64,000 nt of DNA from Patescibacteria group bacterium (GTDB lineage Bacteria > Patescibacteriota > Patescibacteriia > CAIXNZ01). The notes under the pieces were generated by a model. The model saw nothing but the letters and a program-made list of their open reading frames with translations. It was not told the origin of the DNA and made no database searches. The translations under genes and the position numbers were made by a program. Within the stretch, counting starts at the first letter, position 1, and every line of letters begins with the position of its first letter. The stretch is taken from assembly GCA_041651155.1 (NCBI GenBank), contig JBAZJU010000008.1, positions 1,932 to 65,931 on the forward strand, given 5' to 3'. Shown here one piece after another: positions 10,101 through 18,619 of the stretch.

Positions 10101-10675
10101 TCTTCAAAAGTGCCATTAGCGTCATAATCCAATTCAACTTGCAAATAAAAACTGTCAGTGGAAAATGTTACGCCGCCATTGGAAGCGCAAGTGCCGACCC
10201 AGTTGCCGCACAACGAATTTAATTCAACTGTAAAAATGCCGTCATTCACCTGAACTTTACTGCCGCTTGTGCCTTGATTTGTGCCATCCCAATTTTCCGC
10301 CCAAAGAAGGTTTCCGCTGGTAGCTTGGCTGTATATCCTAAAACGCATATCATAAAGTCCGTCCGGCGGAGGCACTCCGTCGGCATTGGTTATTTTACCC
10401 TGATAGGTCAAAGTATCACGGATGCCTTCAGTCGCAAAAATTGTATTTCTATAAATAAAATAAAGATAGCCTATTATTAAGGCAATCTGCAGGCCGATTA
10501 CAAAAATAATCAAAAATGATTTTAAAGACCTTTTAATACTGCTAAAAAATATCCCTAAAAATTTAGGCCTGTTACCCCCAGCCCTTTTAGCTCCTCCCTG
10601 CGCTATTTTTTTATTTTTCTTTAACATAAGCAAATTAAAAGTTGCCCACGGCTGTAACAGTAACTGTTTGGGCAT
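7163..10675 (-). CDS. giant membrane-anchored surface protein with three LamG-like (concanavalin A-like lectin) domains
   Basis: 1170 aa. N-terminal TM. Three copies of the LamG_3-type motif (GQFDEVKVFNRALSPDEIKRIY, GEIDSVAIYDDVLTPAEVKNHF, GILDSLVIYKSQLLNLGDII), S/T/N/G-rich. The first 14 codons overlap the upstream gene; an alternative start ATG at 10627 (MLKKNKK...) avoids the overlap. Confidence 0.7.
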   Translation of the reverse strand: MPKQLLLQPWATFNLLMLKKNKKIAQGGAKRAGGNRPKFLGIFFSSIKRSLKSFLIIFVIGLQIALIIGYLYFIYRNTIFATEGIRDTLTYQGKITNADGVPPPDGLYDMRFRIYSQATSGNLLWAENWDGTNQGTSGSKVQVNDGIFTVELNSLCGNWVGTCASNGGVTFSTDSFYLQVELDYDANGTFEEVFLPRKRFTATPYAMNADKLNGKGSADFVQIEGGEMTGNLSVPKIIDSSLVADYGFNGNSDDSSPNGLTGTLENSASAANDVLTLDGLNQYFSVADDDKLSFGNGTDDSAFTLSAWIKMDEATNFIIASKGTGSADDEYKFYINADDKINLQLIDQSQTNTYLGRMFNTALTSYEGEWANVIATYDSSKTSAGIKLYINGIEVDDTVNESNSSSYAGMENLTGAFNIGNYAANYARGQFDEVKVFNRALSPDEIKRIYADDNRQNIHSNKITTHTIYLESSDDENTGEGYLAWDNFYQRIKFSAETYLPNQMPYLANRANSQDYTHYSDENKKLAYDFSDSVGSTVTDLAGNANGTVNGNADWTNSGYIGYGMKFGADGDSVSFADPGLSSTQGSIEFWVKFNDITASADNYAFRLAESTSNEIVFAKENQSDMYFKVGDTKIPLGSIPDTSWHYVVIAWDSGNVSFYGDGQFALSTAYSNLDISRFDKFYLGSAGSPNTSLDGEIDSVAIYDDVLTPAEVKNHFNSAFENLYVANNLSDGNISSPVGSLIGLPASTNEKDKADPVYFSNDSKAVGLAFAEGQGTTTSNITLADDPTITGTTWQKGYYGYGLGFNGLSDYLTLTDSANLNMGTDNFSLEFYLKADSSDQTNKRIISKRSGDAGYEVYFDSNNKIGFFIGDGTNTYSTNVAGGYALNDGKWHHVLIAFDRSSNVTMAYDGSLTYIQNITSVTGSLDNAADLYIGKDSSGNFYKGILDSLVIYKSQLLNLGDIIARATDNPDKMVINSRGGISGLASLLVLNNYTSGDGIIAGLFNSNNNTTYPLKIWNAASSVSGSDTIYNLISFGNMGSNYGNLIWDATNTQFIFDQSLKTTGDLASNYLKTNDNEFLASDLIRHTITSDDVTNTYFSESWAKATKDKIASLHGVHYVVSGNVYGDQDFWSTNTENRIEYDGSAIRVDKLGGTWTEGDVITIFVVYEK

Positions 10676-12707
10676 AAGAGCCTGCTTCTGTCGTACCAGT
10701 TATGACAGCGGCATGGCATAAGGTCGTTGAATCAGAACTGATCGGCCCTGTAGCAGAAGCAAATGATTGATCGCTGGTTAATAAAACTGAAGCTGGCATA
10801 GCTGTAGCCAATTGATTGGCTAAATTACTGCAAGCAGAGCCTGAATTATTTTGTGTAATTGTTTCACCGGCCTTTGAAGTTGAAACTCCGTATTCTTCTT
10901 CTGTAGAAACTCCTCCAATATTTGTCACTCCCACATCGCCATCAGCCACATCGCTTATTTGATTGGCGGCATTTCTCAGCATGCCATCTGCTCTAATATA
11001 GGCAGTATAGCCTAAGCTGCCATTGGTGCTAATTTGCGTATCATAATTGCAAGTGCTCAAGCCAGCAGCGCTGAAAGTGCCTAAACTGCAGTTTGCGGCT
11101 GACAATGACAGAGTTAAAGTTGCATCAACTGCGGCTGAGATATCAACTGTATCTTCCTGATCAATTATCCAATGGGTAAAATAAATTTCATTATTGCCGT
11201 CAATGTTATCCTGCCAAATGACATTGGGCAGATTGGTATTTCTTAGCACAATTTCAGGATAATCCGAAAAACTGTTGCCATTATCAGATAAATTATCTGT
11301 GCCTGCTACATCCCCCATTTTGGTCCAGCCAAGGCCTGGAGTCCATTTGCGAAAATATATTTCGTAATTATAAACGCTCACGGCTTCCCGCCAAACAATA
11401 TTCGGAAAGCCCTGAGAGCTAAGTCCTATTTTGGGATATCTTGAAGCAGTTGCCGTGTTTGAGACATTATCATGCCCCAGAGTGCCATCCATTTTTGTCC
11501 AGCCAACACCCCCAGTCCATTTAGTGAAATAAATATCTCTAGTGCCTGTGGTGGCATCATCCCAGACAACGTTGGGTATGTTTGATTGGTCAAGTTTAAA
11601 ATCAATGCTATCGGAATCGCCCAAGGTATTGGAAATATTTTCATAGCCTAAAGTGCCATCCATTTTTGTCCAGCCTGTGCCTGGCTGCCACTTGGTAAAA
11701 AATATCTCCCCATTTGCGCTTGTGACATCTCTCCAGATAATAATAGGAAAGCCTAATGAATCAAGACGCATTTTTGGCAAACCTGATGCAGATGAATTAT
11801 TGGAAACATTATCCGCGCCTGGAGTACCGTCCATTTTGGTCCAGCCAACTCCCTGAGTCCATTTCTTAAAATAAATATCACCATTTCCTGTTAAATCAAC
11901 AGACCAAGTAAGGCAAGGGTTATTTGAGGAATCAATCGCAAATTGTGCTAAATGTGAATTATTGCCGCTATCATTTGAAACATTATCAGTGCCTGGAGTA
12001 CCATCCATTTTGGTCCAGCCAACTCCAAAAGTCCATTTACGGAAATAAATCTGCGTTTTACCATTAACAGGTTCTTCCCAAGCAATATAAGGATTATTAT
12101 CATTATCTATGGCAAATTGAGTTGAGCCAGAATTTAAAGCCGTACCAGAAACATTATCAGTACCAGCCGACCCATCCATTTTTGTCCAGCAATCATCAAT
12201 CCCAGCACCGCAGACACCTGAGCCGGCACCCACTGTCCATTTTCTAAAAAAAATTTCATAATTTCCAGTGGAATTATCCAGCCAGACTAAATAAGGAGTA
12301 CCTGAATCTGTCAGTGAAAATTTTGGCAAAGTTGAGCTGCCAGAATCATTAGAAACGTTTTCTGAACCTTCACTGCCATCCATTTTTGTCCAGCAACCAT
12401 TACCTCCACATCCAGTCGCTGTCCACTTGCTAAAAAAAATATCACTATTTCCAGTAGTACTATCAATCCAAATTGCATATGTATTATTATAAGCATCAGC
12501 CATAATTTGCGGTGCGATGGATGAGCCTGTATTATTGGAAATATTTTCACTAATATCTGTCCTGTCCATATTTTTCCAAGAGGCAAAAACTTCTTTGGTA
12601 AAAATCTGGCTGGTAACAATAATTACAATACCAAAGCAAAAAAGCCCAATTTTTCCTATTTTCCATTGGTTATTTAAATTAAAATACAATGGCTTTCTTT
12701 TAGTCAC
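10635..12707 (-). CDS. secreted repeat protein: about nine ~48-aa propeller-like repeats plus the conserved C-terminal VVGNF-family domain
   Basis: 690 aa with a signal/TM N-terminus. Repeats share IYF(R/T)KWT.G.GWTKMDGT.G.DNVSN; the repeat is also visible as a ~144-bp periodicity in the DNA. The C-terminal ~170 aa is homologous to the C-termini of 12745..13791, 13845..14930 and 16616..17686 and ends AVGNF. Confidence 0.7.
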   Translation of the reverse strand: MTKRKPLYFNLNNQWKIGKIGLFCFGIVIIVTSQIFTKEVFASWKNMDRTDISENISNNTGSSIAPQIMADAYNNTYAIWIDSTTGNSDIFFSKWTATGCGGNGCWTKMDGSEGSENVSNDSGSSTLPKFSLTDSGTPYLVWLDNSTGNYEIFFRKWTVGAGSGVCGAGIDDCWTKMDGSAGTDNVSGTALNSGSTQFAIDNDNNPYIAWEEPVNGKTQIYFRKWTFGVGWTKMDGTPGTDNVSNDSGNNSHLAQFAIDSSNNPCLTWSVDLTGNGDIYFKKWTQGVGWTKMDGTPGADNVSNNSSASGLPKMRLDSLGFPIIIWRDVTSANGEIFFTKWQPGTGWTKMDGTLGYENISNTLGDSDSIDFKLDQSNIPNVVWDDATTGTRDIYFTKWTGGVGWTKMDGTLGHDNVSNTATASRYPKIGLSSQGFPNIVWREAVSVYNYEIYFRKWTPGLGWTKMGDVAGTDNLSDNGNSFSDYPEIVLRNTNLPNVIWQDNIDGNNEIYFTHWIIDQEDTVDISAAVDATLTLSLSAANCSLGTFSAAGLSTCNYDTQISTNGSLGYTAYIRADGMLRNAANQISDVADGDVGVTNIGGVSTEEEYGVSTSKAGETITQNNSGSACSNLANQLATAMPASVLLTSDQSFASATGPISSDSTTLCHAAVITGTTEAGSYAQTVTVTAVGNF

Positions 12708-12744
12708 TAAATTCTTTCAATAAATTATTCTTAAAATTTATACT

Positions 12745-13791
12745 CTAAAAATTACCTACGACTGTAATCGTCACTGTCTGAGCATAAGCGCCTGCCGGGG
12801 TTGTGCCAGTGATCACTGCCGCATGGCATAAGGTAGTTGAATCAGCACTCACGGGCGCTGAAGAAGTGGCAAATGACTGGTCACTTGTTGTTAAAGCTGA
12901 ACCTGGCATGGCAGTTGTCAACTGACCATCCAAAGTTGCACAATCAGAGCCTGAATCATTGTCTACTATCGTAGATGATGCATTTGTTGTAGAAATGCCA
13001 TATTCTTCTTCTGTAGAAACTCCGCCGCTATTGGTTACACCCACGGTCGCATCTGCCACATTGGTTATGCTATTTGTGGCATTTCGCAAATTGCCGTCTG
13101 CTTTAATATACGCTGTATAGCCTGAATCAGCATTGGTGCTTACTTCTGTATCATAACTGCAGGTGCTTAAACCTGTTGTGCTTAATGTGCCTAAAGTGCA
13201 GGTAGAGGTAGATAAGGACAGAGTTAATGTTGGCTCAACTGTAGCCGAGATATTTACCTGGTTTAAGCCAACAACTATGGCTGCGCCGCCGCTATCTTCC
13301 TGGGTATCAGCATTGGTATCGCTGCCGCCCCAGGCATTATCAGCGCCCAAATCCCAGGTTGTAATAGCAAAAGAAGCTGAACCGGCAGTAGGATTGGTGA
13401 TATGGTTATTTGAAATCGTAATAGTAATTTGGCCTGAAACCTGATCGCCTTCTGTTGTAATCGGAATTTGCAAATTTTGTCCACTCACACTGGCTGTCCC
13501 CTTGGTGATATCTGTGGTTGTATGAGTTTGAGTAACTGCCACATCACCGTTAACTACGTTAGAAATGACATAGCCTGCCGGAAAAGTAATTTTAATGCCA
13601 TCCCCGCTATTTATATTGCCGTCAGGATTAAAAATAATCGTGGCATTTGTCGCTGCGCTGGCAGTGTAATTTGATAAAGTAATGCTCACCACGCTTATAC
13701 CGCCGGCTAAGGCTGGCAAAGCAGTAAAAGTGTTTAATACCATCAATAAAACCGCCAGTACAATTGAAAAAAATTTAAAATGTTTGTTCAT
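12745..13791 (-). CDS. secreted surface protein, paralog family (variable N-domain plus conserved C-terminal domain ending VVGNF)
   Basis: 348 aa. Signal peptide MNKHFKFFSIVLAVLLMVLNTFTALPALA. TWDLGADNAWGG motif. The C-terminal ~170 aa is nearly identical to the paralogs, with conserved Cys pairs. Confidence 0.7.
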   Translation of the reverse strand: MNKHFKFFSIVLAVLLMVLNTFTALPALAGGISVVSITLSNYTASAATNATIIFNPDGNINSGDGIKITFPAGYVISNVVNGDVAVTQTHTTTDITKGTASVSGQNLQIPITTEGDQVSGQITITISNNHITNPTAGSASFAITTWDLGADNAWGGSDTNADTQEDSGGAAIVVGLNQVNISATVEPTLTLSLSTSTCTLGTLSTTGLSTCSYDTEVSTNADSGYTAYIKADGNLRNATNSITNVADATVGVTNSGGVSTEEEYGISTTNASSTIVDNDSGSDCATLDGQLTTAMPGSALTTSDQSFATSSAPVSADSTTLCHAAVITGTTPAGAYAQTVTITVVGNF

Positions 13792-13844
13792 AACTTTTTT
13801 TATAAATTAATTTTATTCAATCTTTATTTTAATTATTTATTTTT

Positions 13845-14930
13845 TTAAAAATTTCCGACAACAGTGACAGTCACAACCTGGGCATAAGCGCCTGCAGGTG
13901 TTGTGCCCATAATAACAGCTGCATGGCACAAAGTCGTTGAATCAGCGCTCACTGGACTTGTCGCTGTGGCAAAAGACTGATCGCTGGTTGATAAGGCTGA
14001 ACCGGGCATCGCAGTTGTTAATTGGCCATCTAAAGTTGCGCAATCTGTGCCTGAATCATTTTCCACTATTGTAGAAGATGCATTAGTCGTGGAAATGCCA
14101 TATTCTTCTTCTGTAGAAACTCCGCCGCTATTAGTTACGCCCACGGTCGCATCAGCCACATTGGTTATGCTATTTGTGGCATTTCTCAAATTGCCGTCTG
14201 CTTTAATATAAGCTGTATAGCCTGAATCAGCGTTTGTGCTAACCTCAGTATCATAGCTGCAGGTGCTTAAACCGGTTGTGCTTAATGTACCCAAAGCGCA
14301 GGTCGTGCCTGACAAGGTTAAAGTTAAGGTTGGATCAACTGTGCCTGAAATATTAACCTGGTTTGTGCCAATCACTACCGCTGCATAAGAACTGTCTAAT
14401 ATTGTATCAGCATCAGCTCCAGTTCCCCCCCAAGCCTCATCAGCGCCTAAATCCCAAATTCCAAGTGTAATTTTCTGAGTGCCTGAAGATGAAGGCGTAG
14501 TAATATGGCTGTTGGCAATTGTAATCGTCACTGCTCCGCTGGGCGTATCACTTTCTGTGGTAATGGGAATTGCCAGTACATTTTGGAGGCCAATGCCACC
14601 TACGATTGCTGTTCCTTTAGTGATATCTGTGGCAGTATGCGCCTGAGTTACTGTCACGTCTCCATTGACAACTGGGGCAGTGGAAAGATCAGAATTATCA
14701 AACTGAACCGTTATCCCATCTCCAGTATTAATATTACCGTCTGGATCAAAGCTAACCGTTGTTGTGTTAATAGCTGTATTGACAGCTGAGACATTGTTCC
14801 CGCTGGCATCGTGATAAGTAACAGAAATATCGGCCAAACCGGCATTAGCGTAATTTTGGGCAAGACCACTTCCTCCTAAAATGATTACCATTGCCATAAA
14901 AATGTAAAAAAGCTTCGTTTTCTTAATCAT
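13845..14930 (-). CDS. secreted surface protein, paralog family (conserved C-terminal domain ending VVGNF)
   Basis: 361 aa. Signal peptide. IWDLGADEAWGG motif. The 3' half is near-identical at DNA level to 16616..17686. Confidence 0.7.
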   Translation of the reverse strand: MIKKTKLFYIFMAMVIILGGSGLAQNYANAGLADISVTYHDASGNNVSAVNTAINTTTVSFDPDGNINTGDGITVQFDNSDLSTAPVVNGDVTVTQAHTATDITKGTAIVGGIGLQNVLAIPITTESDTPSGAVTITIANSHITTPSSSGTQKITLGIWDLGADEAWGGTGADADTILDSSYAAVVIGTNQVNISGTVDPTLTLTLSGTTCALGTLSTTGLSTCSYDTEVSTNADSGYTAYIKADGNLRNATNSITNVADATVGVTNSGGVSTEEEYGISTTNASSTIVENDSGTDCATLDGQLTTAMPGSALSTSDQSFATATSPVSADSTTLCHAAVIMGTTPAGAYAQVVTVTVVGNF

Positions 14931-15110
14931 AGATTAATTATTAATTATTTATTAAAATTATTAGATATTTTATTTTATAATCTCATATCTTAGCCAAATT
15001 TTAACTCATCCATATCACAATTATATCATAAATTCAGCCGTAAAAAAAGTTAGCCTGTGAATAAAATTTTAACCTGCTGAAATAAAATTCCGTCATAATG
15101 ATGGCTTATC

Positions 15111-15473
15111 TTAATCTTTTTTATACTTTAATACACGTAAGTACGTATCAACAAATCTTAAAATTATAACCAAGATTAATGCTAAAATTACCATGATTAA
15201 CGCCATCAGCCCCCAACTGGCTGCTTGATCATAAATTGTCTGAACTTCCCCGGTGACTTCTTTTTGTTGCAAACCCAATGATTTTTCAAAAAAATATTGG
15301 TATTTATTTTCTTTGGTCATTACGGACTGGGTTGGCTGAGTGGAAATATTTTTATTTAATTCTGTTTCTGGCACAATGCCGTAAACATTCACATCCGTCT
15401 GCCCATGACTTACGGATAAATAAAAAAAATTTATCAATATTGCCGCTAAACCAATTAAAATAATTTTACGCAT
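15111..15473 (-). CDS. small secreted protein with a C-terminal TM anchor and basic tail
   Basis: 120 aa. Signal peptide MRKIILIGLAAILINFFYLSVSHG. C-terminal TM followed by RFVDTYLRVLKYKKD. Confidence 0.45.
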   Translation of the reverse strand: MRKIILIGLAAILINFFYLSVSHGQTDVNVYGIVPETELNKNISTQPTQSVMTKENKYQYFFEKSLGLQQKEVTGEVQTIYDQAASWGLMALIMVILALILVIILRFVDTYLRVLKYKKD

Positions 15474-15496
15474 ATAATAACTCCCCAGCTTGATAT

Positions 15497-15531
15497 AAGA
15501 AGAGGCTTTTAAGTATTAAAAGCCTCTTCTT
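15497..15531. terminator. 14-bp perfect-stem hairpin (aagaagaggctttt / aaaagcctcttctt) between the DUF916-like gene and the 120-aa gene
   Basis: Read directly from the sequence. T-rich flanks on both sides. Confidence 0.55.
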
Positions 15532-15563
15532 TTCAAAGTCCTTATAAATTGGGATTAATACTT

Positions 15564-16538
15564 TTATTTCTTAGCTTTGCCGTATTTCTTCAAAATCCAT
15601 TTGTTATATTTCTTGATAGCAAAATACAAGATTACAACAATAATGACTATTATTAACAAATTAACAATAATTATATTCCATGGGATTACCATGAATGTAG
15701 TTGAGGCTGTTAAAGTATTGCCTGCTGTGCCATAAGCCAAGCTTAAATCAGCGGTATAACTGCCAAAAGCAAAATTTTCTTTTTCCTGCATATATTTGCC
15801 CCAGAATGTGGTTGCGCCTACTGCATTAGGATCTTTTAACCAGCCAGCATCAAATTTTCTGATTTGGTCAGGCAGGACATTGCCACCTGCTTCATTGACA
15901 GCAACTTTGCCGGCAACAGCTCCCCACATGTTTTTAATCGTAATTGTTCCCATTGGCTTTAAATGGACATTACCGTCATTTTTTACTCTCACGCTAAAAT
16001 CTACTGGCAGTGAACTAAAAGTTTTACCAGCTGTGCTGAATTCTGCAATTTGCGCGCTTTCTTTAATTTCACCTGCAATTCTAACCAAAATCAAAGTGCC
16101 AATACGGCTGGCAATAGATACTTGAGAACCTGCATTGGCAGCTTCCGGAGGCGCAGTGCTCAAAAATATAGCAGCATAATGACCGCCTGGCCCGGCATAA
16201 TTAGGTACGATAATTGAAAAAGGCACTTCCACTGTAGAACCTGCTGGAACAGTGATACTCTGGAATGGAAACTTTATCCAGGTAGCTAAATCCACGTCTT
16301 CACCTGTAAAAGATGGTTCTCCTGCTTCACCGCCTGCCACAAATCGTTCTGCTGATAAGTAATAAGTGGCTGCTGCCGCACCTTCATTACGAACCTTAAT
16401 TGATTGATTTATCACATCGCCTTTCGCAGCGTCAATCTCAATTATAGGCGGTGATACTGTAACAGCAGAACTTGCTAAAGGCAGAAGTAAGCCGACAGCA
16501 AGCAGGGCAATTACCAATGAGAAAATTTTTGTTTTCAT
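15564..16538 (-). CDS. DUF916-like cell-surface protein: signal peptide, beta-rich ectodomain, C-terminal TM anchor with KK-rich tail
   Basis: The ORF track extends to 16559. The likely start is the second Met (MKTKIFSLVIALLAVGLLLPLASSA, a good signal peptide), preceded by GGAGGGTGAGGGG. The C-terminus is IIIVNLLIIVIIVVILYFAIKKYNKWILKKYGKAKK. The architecture matches DUF916/CscA-type proteins of WxL clusters; the assignment is by architecture, not by a strong motif. Confidence 0.55.
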   Translation of the reverse strand: MKTKIFSLVIALLAVGLLLPLASSAVTVSPPIIEIDAAKGDVINQSIKVRNEGAAAATYYLSAERFVAGGEAGEPSFTGEDVDLATWIKFPFQSITVPAGSTVEVPFSIIVPNYAGPGGHYAAIFLSTAPPEAANAGSQVSIASRIGTLILVRIAGEIKESAQIAEFSTAGKTFSSLPVDFSVRVKNDGNVHLKPMGTITIKNMWGAVAGKVAVNEAGGNVLPDQIRKFDAGWLKDPNAVGATTFWGKYMQEKENFAFGSYTADLSLAYGTAGNTLTASTTFMVIPWNIIIVNLLIIVIIVVILYFAIKKYNKWILKKYGKAKK

Positions 16539-16615
16539 ATTTTTCCCCTCACCCTCCATTGCTTAAAGCAGCGGAGGGCAAATTTAATTTTTATAATTTA
16601 TTTTAATTATTTATT

Positions 16616-17686
16616 TTAAAAATTACCAACAACTGTAATTGTCACAACCTGAGCATAAGCGCCTGCAGGTGTTGTGCCCATAATAACAGCGGCATGACAC
16701 AAAGTCGTTGAATCAGCGCTCACTGGACTTGTCGCTGTGGCAAAAGACTGATCGCTGGTTGATAAGGCTGAACCCGGCATCGCAGTTGTTAATTGGCCAG
16801 CTAAAGTTGCGCAATCAGAGCCTGAATCATTGTCCACTATTGTAGAAGATGCATTTGTTGTGGAAATACCGTATTCTTCTTCTGTGGAAACACCGCCGCT
16901 ATTAGCTACGCCCACGGTTGCGTCAGCAACATTGGTTATGCTATTTGTGGCATTTCTCAAATTGCCGTCTGCTTTAATATAAGCTGTATAGCCTGAATCA
17001 GCGTTTGTGCTAACCTCAGTATCATAGCTGCAGGTGCTTAAACCGGTTGTGCTTAATGTACCCAAAGCGCAGGTCGTGCCTGACAAGGTTAAAGTTAAGG
17101 TTGGATCAACTGTGCCTGAAATATTAACCTGGTTTGTGCCAATCACTACTGCCGCATAAGAACCATCTAAGACTGAATCAGCATTTTCGCCAGTGCCGCC
17201 AAAAGCATTGTCAGCGCCTAAATCATAGAGAACAATTGTGATTTTATAGGTGCCTGATGTAGTAGGGGTTGTAATGTGACTATTGGAAATAGTAACCGTC
17301 ACTGCGCCACTCGGCGTGTCGCTTTGGGTGGTAATTGGGATTAAAACGCTTTGGATAACTCGAACCGCAGTACCTTTTATTATATCTGTGCCGCTATTTG
17401 CCTGGGTGATAGCAACATCACCGTTAACAACGCTAGCAACGCCAAAATTATCTTGGAATTGAATCTCTAAAGCATCTCCTGTGCTGAGATTGCCATCGGG
17501 ATCAAAGCTAATTGTGGTTGTGTTAACAACCGTATTAACTGCTGAGATATTATTTCCGCTGCCATCATGCAATGTAACGGAAACTGCGCTTAACCCGGCG
17601 TTAGCGACATTTTCTGCAAAAAACCCTCCCCCTAAAATTGTCACTATTGCCATAAAAATGTAAAATAGTTTTGCTTTCTTTACCAT
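16616..17686 (-). CDS. secreted surface protein, paralog family (conserved C-terminal domain ending VVGNF)
   Basis: 356 aa. Signal peptide. The N-domain resembles that of 13845..14930. The C-terminal domain is near-identical to the paralogs. Confidence 0.7.
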   Translation of the reverse strand: MVKKAKLFYIFMAIVTILGGGFFAENVANAGLSAVSVTLHDGSGNNISAVNTVVNTTTISFDPDGNLSTGDALEIQFQDNFGVASVVNGDVAITQANSGTDIIKGTAVRVIQSVLIPITTQSDTPSGAVTVTISNSHITTPTTSGTYKITIVLYDLGADNAFGGTGENADSVLDGSYAAVVIGTNQVNISGTVDPTLTLTLSGTTCALGTLSTTGLSTCSYDTEVSTNADSGYTAYIKADGNLRNATNSITNVADATVGVANSGGVSTEEEYGISTTNASSTIVDNDSGSDCATLAGQLTTAMPGSALSTSDQSFATATSPVSADSTTLCHAAVIMGTTPAGAYAQVVTITVVGNF

Positions 17687-17890
17687 AGTTTAATCTTCAT
17701 TTGTTAATTAAAAAATACTAAAAGATTTAGTATTTAGATATTTTAAATATTTATTTTCCTGACTATTTCTTAAAATAAAATTCAAAGCTAAATCCATTGC
17801 TAAAATTTAGATTAAATAATTATTATATGTTTTTATTATAACATAAAAACATATAACTAACTATGATTTTAACCTGTGGAAAAGTCATGC

Positions 17891-18601
17891 CTAAAAAACT
17901 GGAATAAATTCATAAGTCAAAGTAGCGCCATAATTGCCAGCGTTTGTTTCAGGAGCAATATTCACAATTACCGAAACAGTAAAATCAGTCTGGTAAGAAA
18001 AACTTAATGACTGGGCAATAATATCACCGTCGTTATAAGCAAATTTATTTGTTGTATTATAATTTGGCGTTGCCCAACCAATCCCGCCCAAAGGGTCTGA
18101 GCCGATTAAAGGCACAGAATTACTCACTAAATTAATGCCAAATTGTTCAGTCCCCGGCTCAGAATCTGCAGCGACACTGCCTATTGGAGTGACGGCATGT
18201 TCCGAACTATGCAAAGATTCACCGATTATTTTTATAGTATAACCAGCTTTGGAATTTGTGTATGCTGAAAAAGTATGGCTGGAATAGGCTGTTGACGACG
18301 GAGAAAGCTCTCCAAAATTTAAACTGACTAACTGAACGCTAAATCCAATTGTCGGCTCAGCGCCAATGCCTGAAAAGCTTGGCTTTTCTTTAAAATTCAT
18401 GCTTTGGGAATTGGCGCCAGCTTGATCTGTGAAATTTGAGTCAATTGCATAATTTTCTGAAGACAAAGCGCCTCCGCCTGAACTTAAATTATCCAGCCAG
18501 ACTTTATAATTATTGCTGGACATGGCGGCTATTGCTTGTTTGCCAAAAGCCGCAAAACCAAACAATAAAAAAAGTATTAAAATTTTATTTAACTTGACCA
18601 T
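17891..18601 (-). CDS. secreted protein with a WxL-like C-terminal end (ends AGNYGATLTYEFIPVF)
   Basis: 236 aa. Signal peptide MVKLNKILILFLLFGFAAFGKQAIA. VWLDNL motif near the N-terminus. The C-terminal pattern parallels the AGAYAQTVTITVVGNF end of the paralog family. Confidence 0.5.
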   Translation of the reverse strand: MVKLNKILILFLLFGFAAFGKQAIAAMSSNNYKVWLDNLSSGGGALSSENYAIDSNFTDQAGANSQSMNFKEKPSFSGIGAEPTIGFSVQLVSLNFGELSPSSTAYSSHTFSAYTNSKAGYTIKIIGESLHSSEHAVTPIGSVAADSEPGTEQFGINLVSNSVPLIGSDPLGGIGWATPNYNTTNKFAYNDGDIIAQSLSFSYQTDFTVSVIVNIAPETNAGNYGATLTYEFIPVF

Positions 18602-18619
18602 GTTTATTTTTAGATTTTT

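Noticed and set aside
10635-10675. 40-nt overlap between the LamG protein start and the upstream paralog's 3' end, as a possible programmed frameshift or fusion
   Set aside because: The stop of 10635..12707 (ending VGNF) is the conserved family C-terminus. The overlap is most simply an over-extended start; an internal ATG at 10627 is available.
15564-16559. Annotated start MEGEGKN... for the DUF916-like protein
   Set aside because: The first 7 codons overlap a hairpin-plus-GGAGGG element. The second Met begins a canonical signal peptide, so the shorter CDS (to 16538) is preferred.
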